Below, one piece after another: positions 1 through 13,760 of a stretch of DNA of 64,000 nucleotides (positions are counted from its first letter, which is position 1; the number at the start of each line of letters is the position of its first letter). The notes beneath the pieces are model-generated. The model saw only the letters and a program-made list of their open reading frames with translations, was not told the DNA's origin and ran no database searches. The position numbers were made by a program, and so were the translations under genes. The DNA comes from Mobula hypostoma. Taxonomy: Eukaryota. The stretch is taken from contig NC_086097.1 of assembly GCF_963921235.1 (NCBI RefSeq), positions 140,678,001-140,742,000 on the forward strand, read 5' to 3'.

Positions 1-198
1 GGGACAGCTGCTTCCACCAGACTGATGAACTCACACTGATTTGAGTGTACTCTATATTGCATTGACTGTTCTATTTATTACAAATTATTTTAAATTCCCA
101 TGATTGCACATTGCACATTTAGACAGAGACGTAATGTAAAGATTTTTACTCCTCATGAATATGAGGGATGTAAGACATAAAGTCAATTCAATTCAATT
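1..198 (+). mobile_element. 3' end of a Rex1/Babar-type LINE with a (CAATT)n tail
   Basis: Ends aaagtcaattcaattcaatt. A near-identical 3' end recurs at ~55080-55205. Confidence 0.55.
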
Positions 199-463
199 GA
201 ATTCAGTGTAGTTACTCGCTGATCCACCTTGATACATTGTGATATTTGGTAATATGGCTCTCTGATATATGGAGTCACATGGTGATGGACCATGATACAT
301 TGTGTCATACTGATAATCAATGGCTTGTGATATTACACCTTCATATACTGTGATCCATGGCACACTGACACACTGTGACGAATTATGTTATACACTGACA
401 CACTGATCCATTATAATATACCATGGTACACTGCCATACACTGTGGCAGATGGTGAAATATCA

Positions 464-808
<345 letters not shown>

Positions 809-3496
809 TTACAAAATTAATGAAATATTCATAGGTCATTTTTATCCCAATGTCAGGTTTTGGCCATGCCTCACCGTAAGTGACTACTCTGTAACCTATG
901 GTTTAATCAGTGGTTATGAAGCTTAGACACGCAAGATACCACTGTGAAACATTGGGCAGGAAAATCATAAACCAACATTATAAATGAATTTACCTCAAAT
1001 GAAATAATCTGTAGAAAGACATTATATTGTAGGTAGGAAATCATAGAGCTGAGAGTGCCTCCTTTCTGGAGTATGGAAATGAGAAATCTACATATAAACT
1101 AATTTTCTCTCTCCACTCTCTCTTTGAGTGTTTGCAAGGAACTTAGCCTCTCAATGTTCAGCAAATATGTTGCTTTGCCTCACATTTTATTTCTGGCAGA
1201 AAGTCAAATGACATCATTGCCAATGGAATACCAAACTTCATTTGCAGTGAAATGTTCAACTTCACTGATCTGAAAAGTAAAGTTTTTACTTAGTGACAAA
1301 ACAGTCAGCCTTTACAAACCCTGGTTCCCAGAAACCAATGCTTAAAGAGCCAATGCGCAATAGTTTTGTTAGTGAGGTTTACAGGTTGTCACTGCCTCAA
1401 ATACAGCTTCACACATGTTGCTTTTACACCTCTGCCCATGGAGGACAAGGTCACGGTTATCAGATTCCCAGCTTCAGGATCACTCTAGGCTGCACCTGAT
1501 CACAGCCACATCTCATTTTGATGCTCGCTGCTGAATTACGGGAGGTCACCCAAACCTCAAACAATGAAAGCCAAATTCCTGTACTTTTCATTCACTTCAC
1601 ATAATGGGAATGGGAATTGTCCTCCATTACAGACTTCCCTGAGATGTCCTAATGGCTCCCAGTTAATCAGCTGCCCAGTTACCTAGTGATGGGCCTGTAA
1701 GGTTTTTTTTGTGACACCCTCACACAAGGAATCCTGCAGGTTTTGATCTTTAACAGCCCATGCAGGAATACTCACCTACCTCCTCTCCTCCCATTGTTTC
1801 ATCATTCATAACTTGTTGGCATCACTCTCAGTGGCTGGAAGAATGCTGCTTGAACAGCAGAATGTCCCTTCTTGTACAGCCTGGAATGATTGCACTTGCT
1901 TTGTAGCACAGTAAAATTGACAGAACTTGTAAAACATCAATAAGTTGAGTTTGAGTTCAGTGTCAGACAATTAAACCTGAGGTGCAGATGTGTGCCTCAC
2001 ATTGAAAATTCTCGGTCTTTGTGTGACTGTAGCAACAGAGTGACCCACAGTACTAGTCTAACACACAGCAAAGGGGCAAATTTCTCTGCCAAAATTTCTA
2101 CCAATAAGTTATTTTCTTTTTATTTCTTTTCTGCATTGAAATTTTATCTCTGATGAAGTATTGGGTGTGAATTTTGTGCAGACTATTCCCTCACTTTAAT
2201 AAAGCAGTACAGCAGTGATCTGAGACATGTTCCAATTCACTGGTAACGAGACCTTGGGACATCAGCACAATACAGCACAAAGTTAACCATTTGTTCGGCA
2301 CCCATTCACTGGTCTGAATGTTTATTTTCTCCACCAGCACATCATGCTGGCAGTGTGCAGCAGCCTCAGTCAATCACCCCCCAACCATCAGCAGCACTTC
2401 CCAAAGTTGTGATCTCTAACACCAGGAGGGACAAGAGCAGAAGGTGTTTGAGGGCATTCCCACTATTGGTTCACCCCCTAGATGCACGCCATTTTGACTT
2501 GGACGTGTGTCTCAGGTACGCTCCATATTCAATTAGATCTGGACATCTCTGCAACCAGATCCATGGAACCAATCATTTTCATAAATTCTCAAGCTCTGAT
2601 CCAACAAAACCTATAATTTTCAGAATGAAATCTCCCAACAAATTCCCAGCTTTAATGGCCTTTGGAGTGAAGGAGTTCTCCAACGTGTATGATCATTGCC
2701 TCTGATTTCACAGACAAACAGCATGGCTCTAAGCTTATCATATACCCACCACTCTGCCGCAAAACCCAACCCCTACCCCAACACTTACCAACATTCCTCC
2801 CTGAGATGAAATGCCTCAAATGTCCTGCTGTTTGTAATGGACTCTGTCTCATCTGTATTCTGAAATCTTATGCACAGTGGCCTCCCTCCATTGAACAATA
2901 GTCTCTGTTCTTTCTTCTCTACCTACCATATCAAACCTTTTAGCATTGAAGCATCTCAATTGGACCCAGTCTGCTAAATGCAAGGGAACTCAGCAAGTTT
3001 GCACCACCTGCTCTTTCTTTTTAACCCTGAACTCCACTGACTCTGTGCTGCTTCTTATGGAGGTTAGTTGTTCTCCTAAGACCCAGTCCCATATCAGCAG
3101 GGACTCCATCCAACCTTCCACAGCCCTGTTGATTTAACTGAAAACTATCAGTAAGGCATTTTCAAAGTAAAAGTGAGATCTAGTTCATTTACAGAAAACA
3201 TTTTAGTTAATGGAATTAATTTCTAAACCCTGATGTTTTCTGATAAGCCTCACATGGCAGCTCAAGTAGGCACTTGCTTTCAGATTTTGTCTTATTTCTA
3301 ACCAGCCCTAGGCTTGTCAGCCTTGAGGTCTGAAAGCACAGAAGTTCTACCTCAATCCTAGTACATCACAAGTGCTGGCTCTCAGCTTAGCTCAGAACAA
3401 CCTGAATTTATTTGTAGTGCTCTGTGTTCCCTCTGTCCATTTCAAAAATATCCCCTGGAAATATAGAAGCTGTTCCCAATTAAATGTAGCACTAAC

Positions 3497-3612
3497 CTTT
3501 GTCTTTAATGCAGAAGGCATCATACTGACCGCCTGAAGAAGCTGGTTCAGTTTTCACATGGATACTTTGGGTTTCTTGTTGAACAAAGCCCATGTTACTG
3601 CATGTAATCGTC
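3497..3612 (-). CDS. SUSD5: SUSD5 coding exon 3 (C-terminal part of the Link module)
   Basis: Acceptor ctgtttcactcAG, donor GTTAGT, 116 nt, phase 2 to 1. Encodes TITCSNMGFVQQETQSIHVKTEPASSGGQYDAFCIKDK (compare human TTVCSK...GGTYSALCIKDE). Phases fit both neighbouring exons. Confidence 0.9.
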
Positions 3613-3744
3613 CTGAGTGAAACAGAATGACATTTCATCAGTGACCTGGTGTAGTTTGAAATGAAAATGAGCACTAACTTGCATTAAAATATCTATATAT
3701 TTTTTATTTTAAAGTTGTCTTTCACAGGCTGCATGCAGCTAAGG

Positions 3745-4000
3745 GGTGACTTGGCAGAGTAGCAGTTAGCATAAAGCTATGACAGTACCAGTGATTCGGG
3801 TTCAATTCCAGTCTCTGTCTATAAGGAGTTTGTATGTTCACCCCATAACCATGTGGATTTCCTCCACTTGCTCTGGTTTTTTCCCGCATCCCAAAGATGT
3901 ACGGGTTTGTAGGTTAACTGGTCACGTGGGTGTAACTGGGCAGCATGGGCTCGTTGGCCCAGAAGGGCCTGTTACCGTGCTGCGTCTGTAAATTAAAAAT
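3745..4000 (+). mobile_element. tRNA-derived SINE (V-SINE/HE1-like)
   Basis: GGTTCAATTCC B-box-like head, core ggagtttgtatgttc...ggttttttcccgcatcccaaagatgtacggg, tail gggcctgttaccgtgctg. Related copies at ~45030-45320 and ~46245-46415. Confidence 0.7.
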
Positions 4001-6837
4001 AAAAATACACTTCAACTAATTCCTGACCTTTGGTTTCCTCCCACATCCCAAAGCCATCCCCGTGGCCGCTATAAAATATTCTTGGTATAGGTGGGGGAGA
4101 TACAGGGAAGCAAGGTGGGAATAGTACTACACACAAAATGCTGGAGGAACTCAGCAGGCCAGGCAGCATCTAAGGAAAACAGTAAACAGTTGACATTTCA
4201 GGTGGAGACCCCTTATCAGAACCTTTCCATCCTTCATCATGCACTGCAGCAGAGAATCCTAGAAATCCCATCAGTCTGCGGGTACGAGATGAGGCTAGGG
4301 GCTTTCTTTCCGGCTTAAGGGCATGACTTTCCAGAGATGAATATGGAAAGTCCCTTCTGCCACACAGGCTACAGAAAGGTGTAGATCAGTTCTGAGGAGG
4401 TGCAGGGGCTGAAGTTCACTGTTCCAAAATTGTTTTGTCATCTTCAGACTTATCAGGACTTGACAGATGTAAGAATGATTTTTCCAGCTTGTACCTGTCC
4501 TGCATAACTACAACCACTCGCCTGCCAGTCCCACCATCACTGGCTAGACCCCCATCCTGACTCTCCACATTCTTTGCTAACCTCATGGTGAGCAGTTACC
4601 ATCCCAGCATCTCCAAGCCCCTGGTGTCTAGTTCAGCTGTTTGTATTTTTTCATTCCTTGTTGATTTTCTTCCCAAGAAACTATTCAGCTATTCAGTCTG
4701 ACTGGACCTGACACAACTGGCAGGAGTGAAGGACCATCAGATTTATTCACTGCCACTCTCGAACTTTCACTACACAATCCAGTTCAAAATCTGGGATAGT
4801 TTCCATGGAATGAACAAGCAACAATGTTTCTTTTGGCAGAAATGTACGTCACAAGAGAACTAAAGTTATTTCTAAAAGAAGCAAAGGCAAGTTGAAGAAA
4901 CGTAAAATGTGACTGAGATGAGAATCAGCTTGGCCCCTGAGAACAAAGGCACTTCATCCATTGTGGAATGAGACTGGCTGACCAGAGATGGGTCAGACTG
5001 GATGCACTCATACACAGCCCAGAATCACTTATAACCTGACAAAGCGATATTGTCAGGTAGCCAGGTAGTAACAGAAATGCTTTCAAGATATTGGGGCTGA
5101 GAAGTAAGATAATCCTGTAGTCATCTTCTAGATCTGCTTTCCTGGAGGCTTTCAACGCCTAACAGGTAAAGAAAATGTCCAATCAGCTTTAGAGACTTGA
5201 GAAGATCTTTCCAGCCTTGGCAGAATGAAATGTCACCATTTTATTTTACAATAAATATAGTCAATTGCGCACAAGTTAACAAAAATTTAAAAAAAGTTTT
5301 TGGCAAGGCAAGAGCACAACCTGTGATAAGTAATGGAAACTACAGTTATGCTCTGCTTTGAATTTGATTCCATTTCATACTGATAATAGTACTGGGAGAA
5401 CAAAATTGTTTGTATCTAATACTCTACCATGACACTGGGCAGGCAATTAAATCTAAAAATGAGCTTATTTCCCATTACTTAAATAACATGTCTGGACTGA
5501 ATACATAATGATAGACACGTTACTGGAATATATGAGATGGAATTGACATGTCAGTGAGTCACTTTAACAGTCACAGGATCAATAAAAGTGTCAGTGGTGT
5601 TTTATGCTTCAAAATATCTTCAGATGGCATCTAAATGCTAATGAGCAAATTGACACTTCTCTGATAAACTGGTGAGTGTTGACTCAGTGAAACACATTGG
5701 GCTGAGACTGGATAACAAGCTGCTCCTCTCTTCCTTTCAGCATTTACTAATCCACAACTAGTCAGCTTTGTAATGTGAACAATGATACAGTGTCTCTTCA
5801 ATTAAAGCAAATGTGCTCAACTCTGCTTCCTCACACCTCAGCCACCACATGGTTACAGCACATATTCATTCTTATGCATGGTTCACACACTGGAAAATGA
5901 CCATGCCACGTTACTGGTGATGCATAAATGCAACCACCTGATGCACTGCTATGCATTAATGTATGCCCATCGCACATCACTGCTGCTTTATTTGCTAAGG
6001 AGTTTTGAATGGAATTGAAGACTGTGCAACATCAGTGGGCATCCCGTTTTTGACTGTCTGATTGACGAAGTGGCTGGAAACGGATAGACTGAGGCGTCTG
6101 CTCTAGGGAACTTGTACAGTAAACTCCTGCAGCTATCATGACCTTTGATGATCATTAATGTTACCAGGGCTCCTTCATGCCACACTTGTTTAAACGTTGC
6201 TTAAAAGGCTGTCACTCTCCACTCAACTCTGAAACTCAGATCTTTGGTTACCAATTGGACCAAGGTTGTGATGAGGTCTGAGCACTAGCGAGCAAGTTAC
6301 TAGTGAGCAAATGCTGCTTGATATCACTGTCCATTACGCTTTCCATCTCTGCGGATGACAAAATAGACTGATTGGGTTGTTCATTTTTTTGTGAATAGGA
6401 TATTTCTTTGTAATTTTCCATATTGTTAGATTAATAACCATACAGGAACAATTTGGACAGAGGTGCAGCTAGTTCTAGTGCACCTGGGATGTTGTATCTT
6501 CACATAGCTTTTGCTGTATCCAGTATTCTCAGCTGCTTGCTGACATTACTTAGTAAGTGAAATTGGCCGGAGTCTGTTTTTTATGATGCTGGGATCTCAG
6601 GAGGAAGCTAAAATCATGTGACTCTTGATTTTACACGAATACATCGGTGACGGATGGACCGAAGCTCTTCAGAGACCACACGTCCGAGCTATTGGATTCC
6701 CTACAATCCTTGTCCCATTGACTGGATATTGCTTGGCTCTTTCTTCACCCCTGGTCACTCCCCATCCACCCCGACTAACCTTTGAAACAAGTGTTATGTG
6801 GGGTCAGGGGAACCGATCTGAAAGTTCGAGATCTTAC

Positions 6838-7015
6838 CCGATCTGGTTGCCTGCGATCCAGCCAGTGGTACATTCCATGAACGCACACTCCTCCACAGAT
6901 CTCTGCAGCTCTTCGGCCGTGGCCAGATGTGCTCCCTGCTCCATGCACAAGCCCTCGGCTGTAGACATGTCCCACTGCATGTTCTCATCCCTTGCATGGA
7001 GCACAAACATTCTCC
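6838..7015 (-). CDS. SUSD5: SUSD5 coding exon 2 (N-terminal part of the Link module)
   Basis: Acceptor tttcttgtgacacAG, donor GTAAGA, 178 nt, phase 1 to 2. Encodes GRMFVLHARDENMQWDMSTAEGLCMEQGAHLATAEELQRSVEECAFMECTTGWIAGNQIG (compare human GKFFVL...[30 protein letters not shown]). Confidence 0.92.
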
Positions 7016-7599
7016 CTGTGTCACAAGAAATACAAAGTTATGTCCCTTTACGCATCCATGACTTTACTGAGATTAGTTCCCAAGTTCAAACCCCAATCCC
7101 TCTGTCCAACTTCAAACCTCTTTCTAACTGCAACCCCTCTGTTCAGCACCAGCCTTCTTCCTAGCTCCAATATCTCAGTCCATCTCCAACTCTCTGTGTA
7201 GTACTAACCCCGTCTTTCGAGCTCCAACCCTCTACCCAACACCGACCCTTCTGACATTTTTCAAGCTCTCTTTTTAAATCCCATTTCTCTTTCTTCATTC
7301 ACAGGAAGCTTTGCCATTGGCTTGCCGTCTTTGCTTTAGAAGAACATAAATTGCTCAAAATAAAAGCAGTGATGGGTTAAGGTCAAGTGACCCCTGTTCC
7401 TAATCTCAGTTAGGAGCTGAAGTCCTATGAAGCGACTCGTGTTCCTTTCTGATCCTCAGTCAGGCATCACTTTCGCTCACGGTCATTCTGCGTGAAAATT
7501 TCCAAGGACAGGGAGCCAGAAACTATAGGGCATGAGGGGAAGACAAGACTTAGTTCAAGTTTATTGTTGTGGGCATACACGCCCATGGTATAAATGGCA

Positions 7600-7845
7600 T
7601 GAAAATTAACTCTAAAAGGTTCTTGATGGGCAACTTCGTCAAGCAGGGGTTGGTGCGTACATGGAACGAGCTCCCAGAGGTGGTAGTTAAAATAGGTACA
7701 TTAGCAATATTTAAAAGACACTTAGACAGCTACATCGAAAGGAAAGGTTTGGAGGGATCTGGGGTAAATGTGGGCAAATGGGATTAGCATAGTTGGGCGT
7801 ATCGGTCAGCATGGACAAGTTGGGGAGGAGGTTGTTTCCATGCTG
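7600..7845 (+). mobile_element. CR1 LINE 3' fragment
   Basis: Reads as VRTWNELPEVVV...FKRHLDSYIERKGLEG, the CR1 ORF2 C-terminus. Confidence 0.75.
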
Positions 7846-8929
7846 AATGTCTGTGTTTCTACTCTCACGTCTCTGTCTTTCCGCTGCGAAGATATTTTAT
7901 TTTTGAAAAATGACATTACAGCCAAGAAACAAAGAATTGGCCCAACTGTCTACAGGGTGGGGTTCCTCCCCATGCAGTATCTAAGTCCCCCTGCTCATTC
8001 TCATCATATTCCTGCCTGATTTTAGCACCTTTTGTTCCATCATAGTTTGCGTGTCTGACTCAGCAAACAGCGGGCCAATCAAAATGTAATCATCAGATAA
8101 TCGTGTTTGCTTTTACAATTTTTATTCTTTTTAAAATAAAGGTATTTTCAGCTATTACCTAATTTTGTGATTCAGAGGTTGGGGGTTCAGTCCTACAGTA
8201 TGTTAGTTCGGGACGTTTACTGCAGTCCCCGCAGCCCGGAGAGGAGGGGAGTGCTCTGGAGCGCTGTTGGACACGGGGCTACAGCAAGGCCGTGTCTGGC
8301 CTCTCAGGCCCACATAAAGCGTCTTCCCGCCGCACTTTTCAGATTAAATCAAGCCACACAACACTAAAACACAAGTGCTCAGATCACAGAAAAATAGTAC
8401 ACATCAGTGACCCTTTGGCCACGAAAGACGCTGCAAGTCCTTTTAGTTCACTGGCAAAGTTTATCGGTCGCCTGTGATGTTGTAATCTACAAAAGGTCCA
8501 AAATAACACGGTGACATAACAAGGAGTTAACAGCACAGTACGATGGCCGAAATCAAACTCGGTGGTGATACGAGTCACCAACAGGTTAGAGATCTCCAAG
8601 TTTTTATTAAATTTGCTCCCCCCCCCCAATTGCGTATTTAGAAATACCCGGAACTTAGTATAACTTAAGTCGATTCTGACCAGAAAGATTTGAAATTTAT
8701 CCCTACCTTATTCTGATTTGTGACAAAAGTTTGTATTAAAACACAAGCATGATCTGAAAGGCCTGTCTACAAATTCTGGGAATAAAAGATTAAGTTATGG
8801 GTTCAGGGCAGTCCTCCAGGTCTGGAACCCCCTGACAAAGGACTAGGACTGGCTGAACGTTGTGCTGTGAGGATGAGATGACAGGGAAGAAATAGGGGAA
8901 CGGTGAGATCAGAAAGGGCAGCTCACGGG

Positions 8930-8937
8930 TGACGTCA
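8930..8937. promoter_or_regulatory. Palindromic CRE (TGACGTCA) in SUSD5 intron 1
   Basis: Exact TGACGTCA followed by GGAAA. Motif match only. Confidence 0.35.
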
Positions 8938-9299
8938 GGAAATCCTTAATTCGAGGGTAGAAGGATGTGAAACTCCGGGCGGGGGGGGGCGGGTATTCAA
9001 CTGAAAGAGCAGACTTGGGGGGGGGGGTTGCTGATGGCCGAGAACTAGGCTTGGATTTAAGGGGCTCACTTCACAGGCCGGGGCTTGGTGAATGACGGTA
9101 CAGTCTTAAAAGCAGGAAAGGCGGCGGGGTTTCCGAGGTCTGGGCGATCTGCGTCCTAGGATTTGTATTACCAACATCAGCAGGATTCGAAGAGGATGTT
9201 CAGGGACCGGTGAAATACTCCGGGACTATTTCTAGGGAGAGAAGCAGAGATAGCGCTTTCGTCGGGTCAGTATTTTATCCAAGGAGTGGATATTTGTAA

Positions 9300-10200
9300 C
9301 GATGTTGGGAAATAGGAGCAGCCGCCGTTACTCGGGGAGGGGGAGGGGGTTGGCTGTGAAAGCACGTTGAATTTCTTTCCTGCAACGGTTGTACCGCGAA
9401 CACTGCCCTTGAGTTGACGACCGGTTTGCGGACCCCATACGCCGTTCACTCCCGGAGAGGTGACGGAACAGAAGCAGCCTGAACCATTGGGGTTCGGGGT
9501 CGAGAGCCTGTTTCCAGCGAGTGAAAGACACGGACTCAGAAGAGCAGCCGGCGAGCCGGCGGGGAGAGGAGGCGAAGGATCCACGGCGACTTACGGGCTC
9601 TCGGCACCTGTGCAGCAATAACCGATCTGACGGGCCCACCCCACGGCCAAGCTCCCACTGCCCAGCCACTGCTGAGCGCCGTGTCATTTGTCAGCGCGCA
9701 GCGATCTTGCTGCTTACAAACGCACTGTGCTCGATAAAGGTGAGAACTGACCGTGCGCTCGGACCCTGGCGCCGCAGGCGAGGAGAAAGCAGACCACAGT
9801 AAGCGAGGGAGAGTGCGAGCGTGAAGCCATCGACGAGAGCCGGGCGGGCAGAGAGCGAGTCCCGGTCACACACGGCAGGCGGGCGGCGAGAGACGGAGTG
9901 CGGGTGGGGCGGGGAGGCTGCTTTATCCACAGGAACTGCTGTGAAAACTCGCACCAGCGCGTCAACAAACAGGCGGCGCGGGAGGTGCCGGGGACAGAGA
10001 ACCCACCGGAGCCGCGACCCGGGACCCTTCGTCTCAGCAAACCCGTCCCATCCCCGACCCTCTCTATCCACACAGATCCACATCCCCAACCGTCTACCTT
10101 CCCAACTCATGAAACCTGGAGACTGCGGGAATGTGATGAGAGTTACATTTTTGTAGCACCCCGACAGGGGCAGGGAGCCAGGAAACTATCCCTGTAAAGC
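9300..10200 (-). promoter_or_regulatory. CpG island / SUSD5 promoter with a GC box
   Basis: GC- and CpG-dense stretch against a CpG-depleted background. GGGGCGGGG (Sp1-type) at 9906-9914, about 80 nt upstream of the SUSD5 ATG. Confidence 0.8.
9752..9830 (-). CDS. SUSD5: SUSD5 coding exon 1 (signal peptide)
   Basis: ATG at 9830, 79 nt, MASRSHSPSLTVVCFLLACGARVRAH plus 1 nt, donor GTCAGT. Phase 1 joins exon 2 in frame. The ending VRAH-G parallels human VRAD-G. Lies inside a CpG island. Confidence 0.8.
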
Positions 10201-10591
10201 GAAACCGGGCCCAGTTGTCTAAGGTTGGGTTGTTTTGAGCTCCGAGCTTCTGATAAACGGGTAAAGACTTTCACTCGAGGTGATCCGTTATCCTTTCATC
10301 AATATTTAACAAAAAAGCACGACCCGGACGCCTCCACCCAGTTGTAACTCCCAGCCTCATCGCAATCACACAGAGATTTACAACCAACATTAATAAACGT
10401 GTTTATGAATTATTACATTTGGGTTCGGGGTTGAACTGTGCCGGAGCGTGATGTGACCCTAATCGGACCGGGTTTAAAATCGCGGCACAGATAGTTCACA
10501 ACCTACTGATATTCTCTAATTTAAATATATCGAATGATCCGGGCTCCACTACCCTCAGAGGAAAAGAGTTTCATAGATTTACCATCGTTTA

Positions 10592-10660
<69 letters not shown>
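10592..10660. repeat. (GA)n microsatellite
   Basis: Seen directly; one interruption (gata). Confidence 0.98.
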
Positions 10661-10664
<4 letters not shown>

Positions 10665-10779
10665 AAGAATTCTACAGAACTCAATTTTCAATGGCCGTTT
10701 CCTTCTGTTGTAACTTAAGGCCCTTTGTGACCCTCCTGCTAGCGGCAATATCTCAGCATCCGCCCATCGATCTCCCTTG

Positions 10780-11420
10780 GATCGTACATGGTTGAATAAG
10801 GCCACTCTTCATTCCCTAAGGAATAGAGGCCCGAACGGTTTAGTCTTTCTTGGTAGGACACGCCTGGTGAACCTCCTTTGGATGTCCTACAATGTGTCTA
10901 TGTTTTCTTAGGTGAGGAAACCGAAACCGTACGCATTACTCCAGGTGAGGTATCACCAACACCATATACAACACAACAAACCCCCCCCCATGTTTGTTGT
11001 ATTAATAGCTAGGCGATATTAATTTACCTATATCTGCAGTGTCCTCCACGGTGAAAGCTGATGTAAAAATTAATTTAACGTACCCGTATTTGTCAATAAC
11101 GTGAACTTTTAAACAAGAACCTATTTATATAGATTCTTGTTTTAAAATTCACCAACCTCATTTCCAAAATGTCCAGCCACCTTCTAACTACGTGTATATC
11201 CCACACTCATGTTAGCCACCTCCTTCCTATTTATATAGCAAATCTAATCCTGTTCGTTTTGAAATTGCATGCATGTTTTCTCTCAAAATCAAATTTCTCC
11301 TTTCCTGTGAACTTTTAAAGCTCGATGCTGCTGAATCCAAAAAAGTTCCAATCCTCTGGCCCACCACCTCGGGAAGAAGGGGAAATTGTTGGTAACAAAT
11401 TTGCTTTTTCGTGGAAATTT
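10780..11420 (-). mobile_element. Degenerate CR1 ORF2 fragment
   Basis: Decayed reverse complement of the CR1 RT C-terminal region (compare with the intact copy at 44.2-44.8 kb). Confidence 0.6.
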
Positions 11421-13249
11421 CGATGAACATTTAGACTTCCAGAGGGCGTTTGCCAAGGTGACTTACAAAAGATTAATTCACAGGAGTTCATGATGGAAGT
11501 AATATATTGGCATTGATAAGGGACTGACGCAAAGGCAGGAAGCAGCGAATGGGGTGACAAACATGGGGTCTCTGATCCAGAATATCAGGATCAGAGTATT
11601 AAGTGAAAGGTATCATGGACAGGATTACAGGGAAAGGATATTAGCTTTGGCATTAGGGTACCAGGGACATTGTGTTAAGGACAGGTTATCAGAGACAACG
11701 TGTCAGGAACGGGGTATCAAGGACAGATACTGGCATTTGTTAACTACTATTATGAACAATTTTGGGATGCCTCAGTATACAGAGAATATTAAAGTGTTGG
11801 CGGTCACGTGACATCCATTCACTAGGATCCTCGCTTTAGGAGAGCAGATCTAAGAGGAGATAGTGGAACTGGCTTCTTTCTCACAGAAAGTACGTTAATC
11901 AAGGTGCTTCATTGATGGAGAATGGTCATCCCCTCTGCTGAGATATTAACGTCAGCGAGCCTTTAACATAAAATTCTTACCTGTGTGGTGGAAGGAGGGG
12001 TGACATGGGGATTGTGTTTACGAAAGAATTCTACACACTCAGGAATATTGATGCGCTGAATTTATTTAGAGAGAGTGGTTGAGACAGAGAATGTTGCGTC
12101 TGTAGATGGAAAATAGGATTAACAGCTGACGCCAAAGTAGGTACAAGGCCACGAGGAGAATGTCGGGCAGAGGGACAGCCTGTGACGACAGCAGCTTCCG
12201 CAGTGATTGAAATATGGAGATATACTAAGGATTTCCACAATGAACAGTGAAAATTCTGTCATCCAAATTTTGCATCTGGTATTCTGAGCATGCTGAATGT
12301 GATGATGACTTTCTTTACAGAATGTTTCTTTACATAATATTTCTGCTGAGATCTATTTAACTACTGATATGATTAGAGCTTTCTCTCTCTACCCACGTGT
12401 TGCATGACTTCTGCATGAAGTCATGAGCAACACACACAACATGCTGGAGGAACTCAGCAGCCAGGCAGTGTGTTGCTCGGATTTCTAGCATCCGCAGATT
12501 TTCTCTTGTGCATGAAGTCATGGTTGGTTCTCAGAGCACTTGTTTCAGTACCTCCTTGTGCTGATAGGAGGGGTCTTGCTGTGCTGCGATTATTCAGTAA
12601 GATGGACCCTGGAGTTACCCCGCACTTCATTTCCAAATCCTACATCCACTCAAATAGTCCTCACCCCTGTGGAAATGAAGTCATAAGCGGAATTTTAATT
12701 ATTGATAGTGACCAATTGACACTGTGCCCCGGAACTAAATCTGAAGATTTTGTGCATTATGATTTGAACAATGAATATACCAATGATCTCTGGTACTTCT
12801 CAGACAGACCCCAAGAATCAAGAATATCTCATTTACACTCTAGTTTTGTGGGTTTTAACGTGGGATGTGCGAACTCTGTCACGGACGAGGTGGCAGGTGA
12901 CTGAATGGGCAGGCAGGTGGTAGATAGTGAAGTCGATTTCTTCTACTGCTTACATGGAGTGTCTGTGTACATACGGGACACAGCCTTAAGGTATGATGCT
13001 ACGTGCCCGTGGCGCTGCTGCAAGTAGGTTTTTCATTGCACATGTGCAATTGACAATAAACTCGACTTTAACTTTGACCATCCCAAATACCCTTCCCCAC
13101 TTTGAATAGTGCGGAGGAAAGATTAAGCTTGAGTACTAAGGGTTAACAGAATCATGGGGGATAGCATGACAAGAAGCAGAATGGGTCTATATTACTTGTA
13201 CTAACTAACTTTATATCATGTCATTAATGAGGGACCGTTGACCCTCGTC

Positions 13250-13760
13250 TGAGAGACAACGTGATTAACGGCTTGTTTTGTTCTCTGATCAATGAGGAAC
13301 CGATTATGTCGGTGCTAATTTTGTGTAAGTTCCGGAGACGGAGTCTAGAGACCTGTTGACCTAGTGTGATTAGATTTGCTGTATAAATTGGAACTGTAAG
13401 CTTGCATTGGCGGAGTCGTTGTTCCTTGGAGGGGCGGCTCCCGTGATATCTTGAAGTAAAGGCGTAACTAGTTTCGAGGTCTTTGCCTCTACTTTGTGTT
13501 TGATCGGTGCTAAGTTCTCTAACAATAGTCATGGTCTAGAGACAGATGTCGGTAGAGCTGTTGTGTATTTTTTTATGGAGCCTATGAATGCATCCTTAAA
13601 TCTTTTCCTCTGTCCACCTGGTAACTTCTTCCCATGACAGAGTTTGGAATCAATAAGATTATGTTTCCTGACATTTGAACACCGTGGCTGGCCCATAGAG
13701 ATGACTAAATAAATCCTGGGCTTTATTTCTGTGATGTTAGCCTGGGGCGGGGGTGGGGGG
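13250..13760 (-). mobile_element. RTE-clade LINE 3' fragment
   Basis: Translates to ...SKLCHGKKLPGGQRKRFKDAFIGSIKK, the RTE/BovB-type 'G.R..GGQRKRFKD' motif. Confidence 0.65.

Noticed and set aside
6625-7164. 179-aa plus-strand ORF
   Set aside because: Antisense shadow of SUSD5 exon 2 plus intron sequence.
9340-9385. GKKFNVLS after a CAG, resembling the start of SUSD5 exon 2
   Set aside because: The downstream residues do not match the Link module; the true exon 2 is at 6838-7015.
9267-10197. Several overlapping 90-140 aa ORFs on both strands
   Set aside because: By-products of the GC-rich CpG island. Only the 79-nt SUSD5 signal exon is supported.
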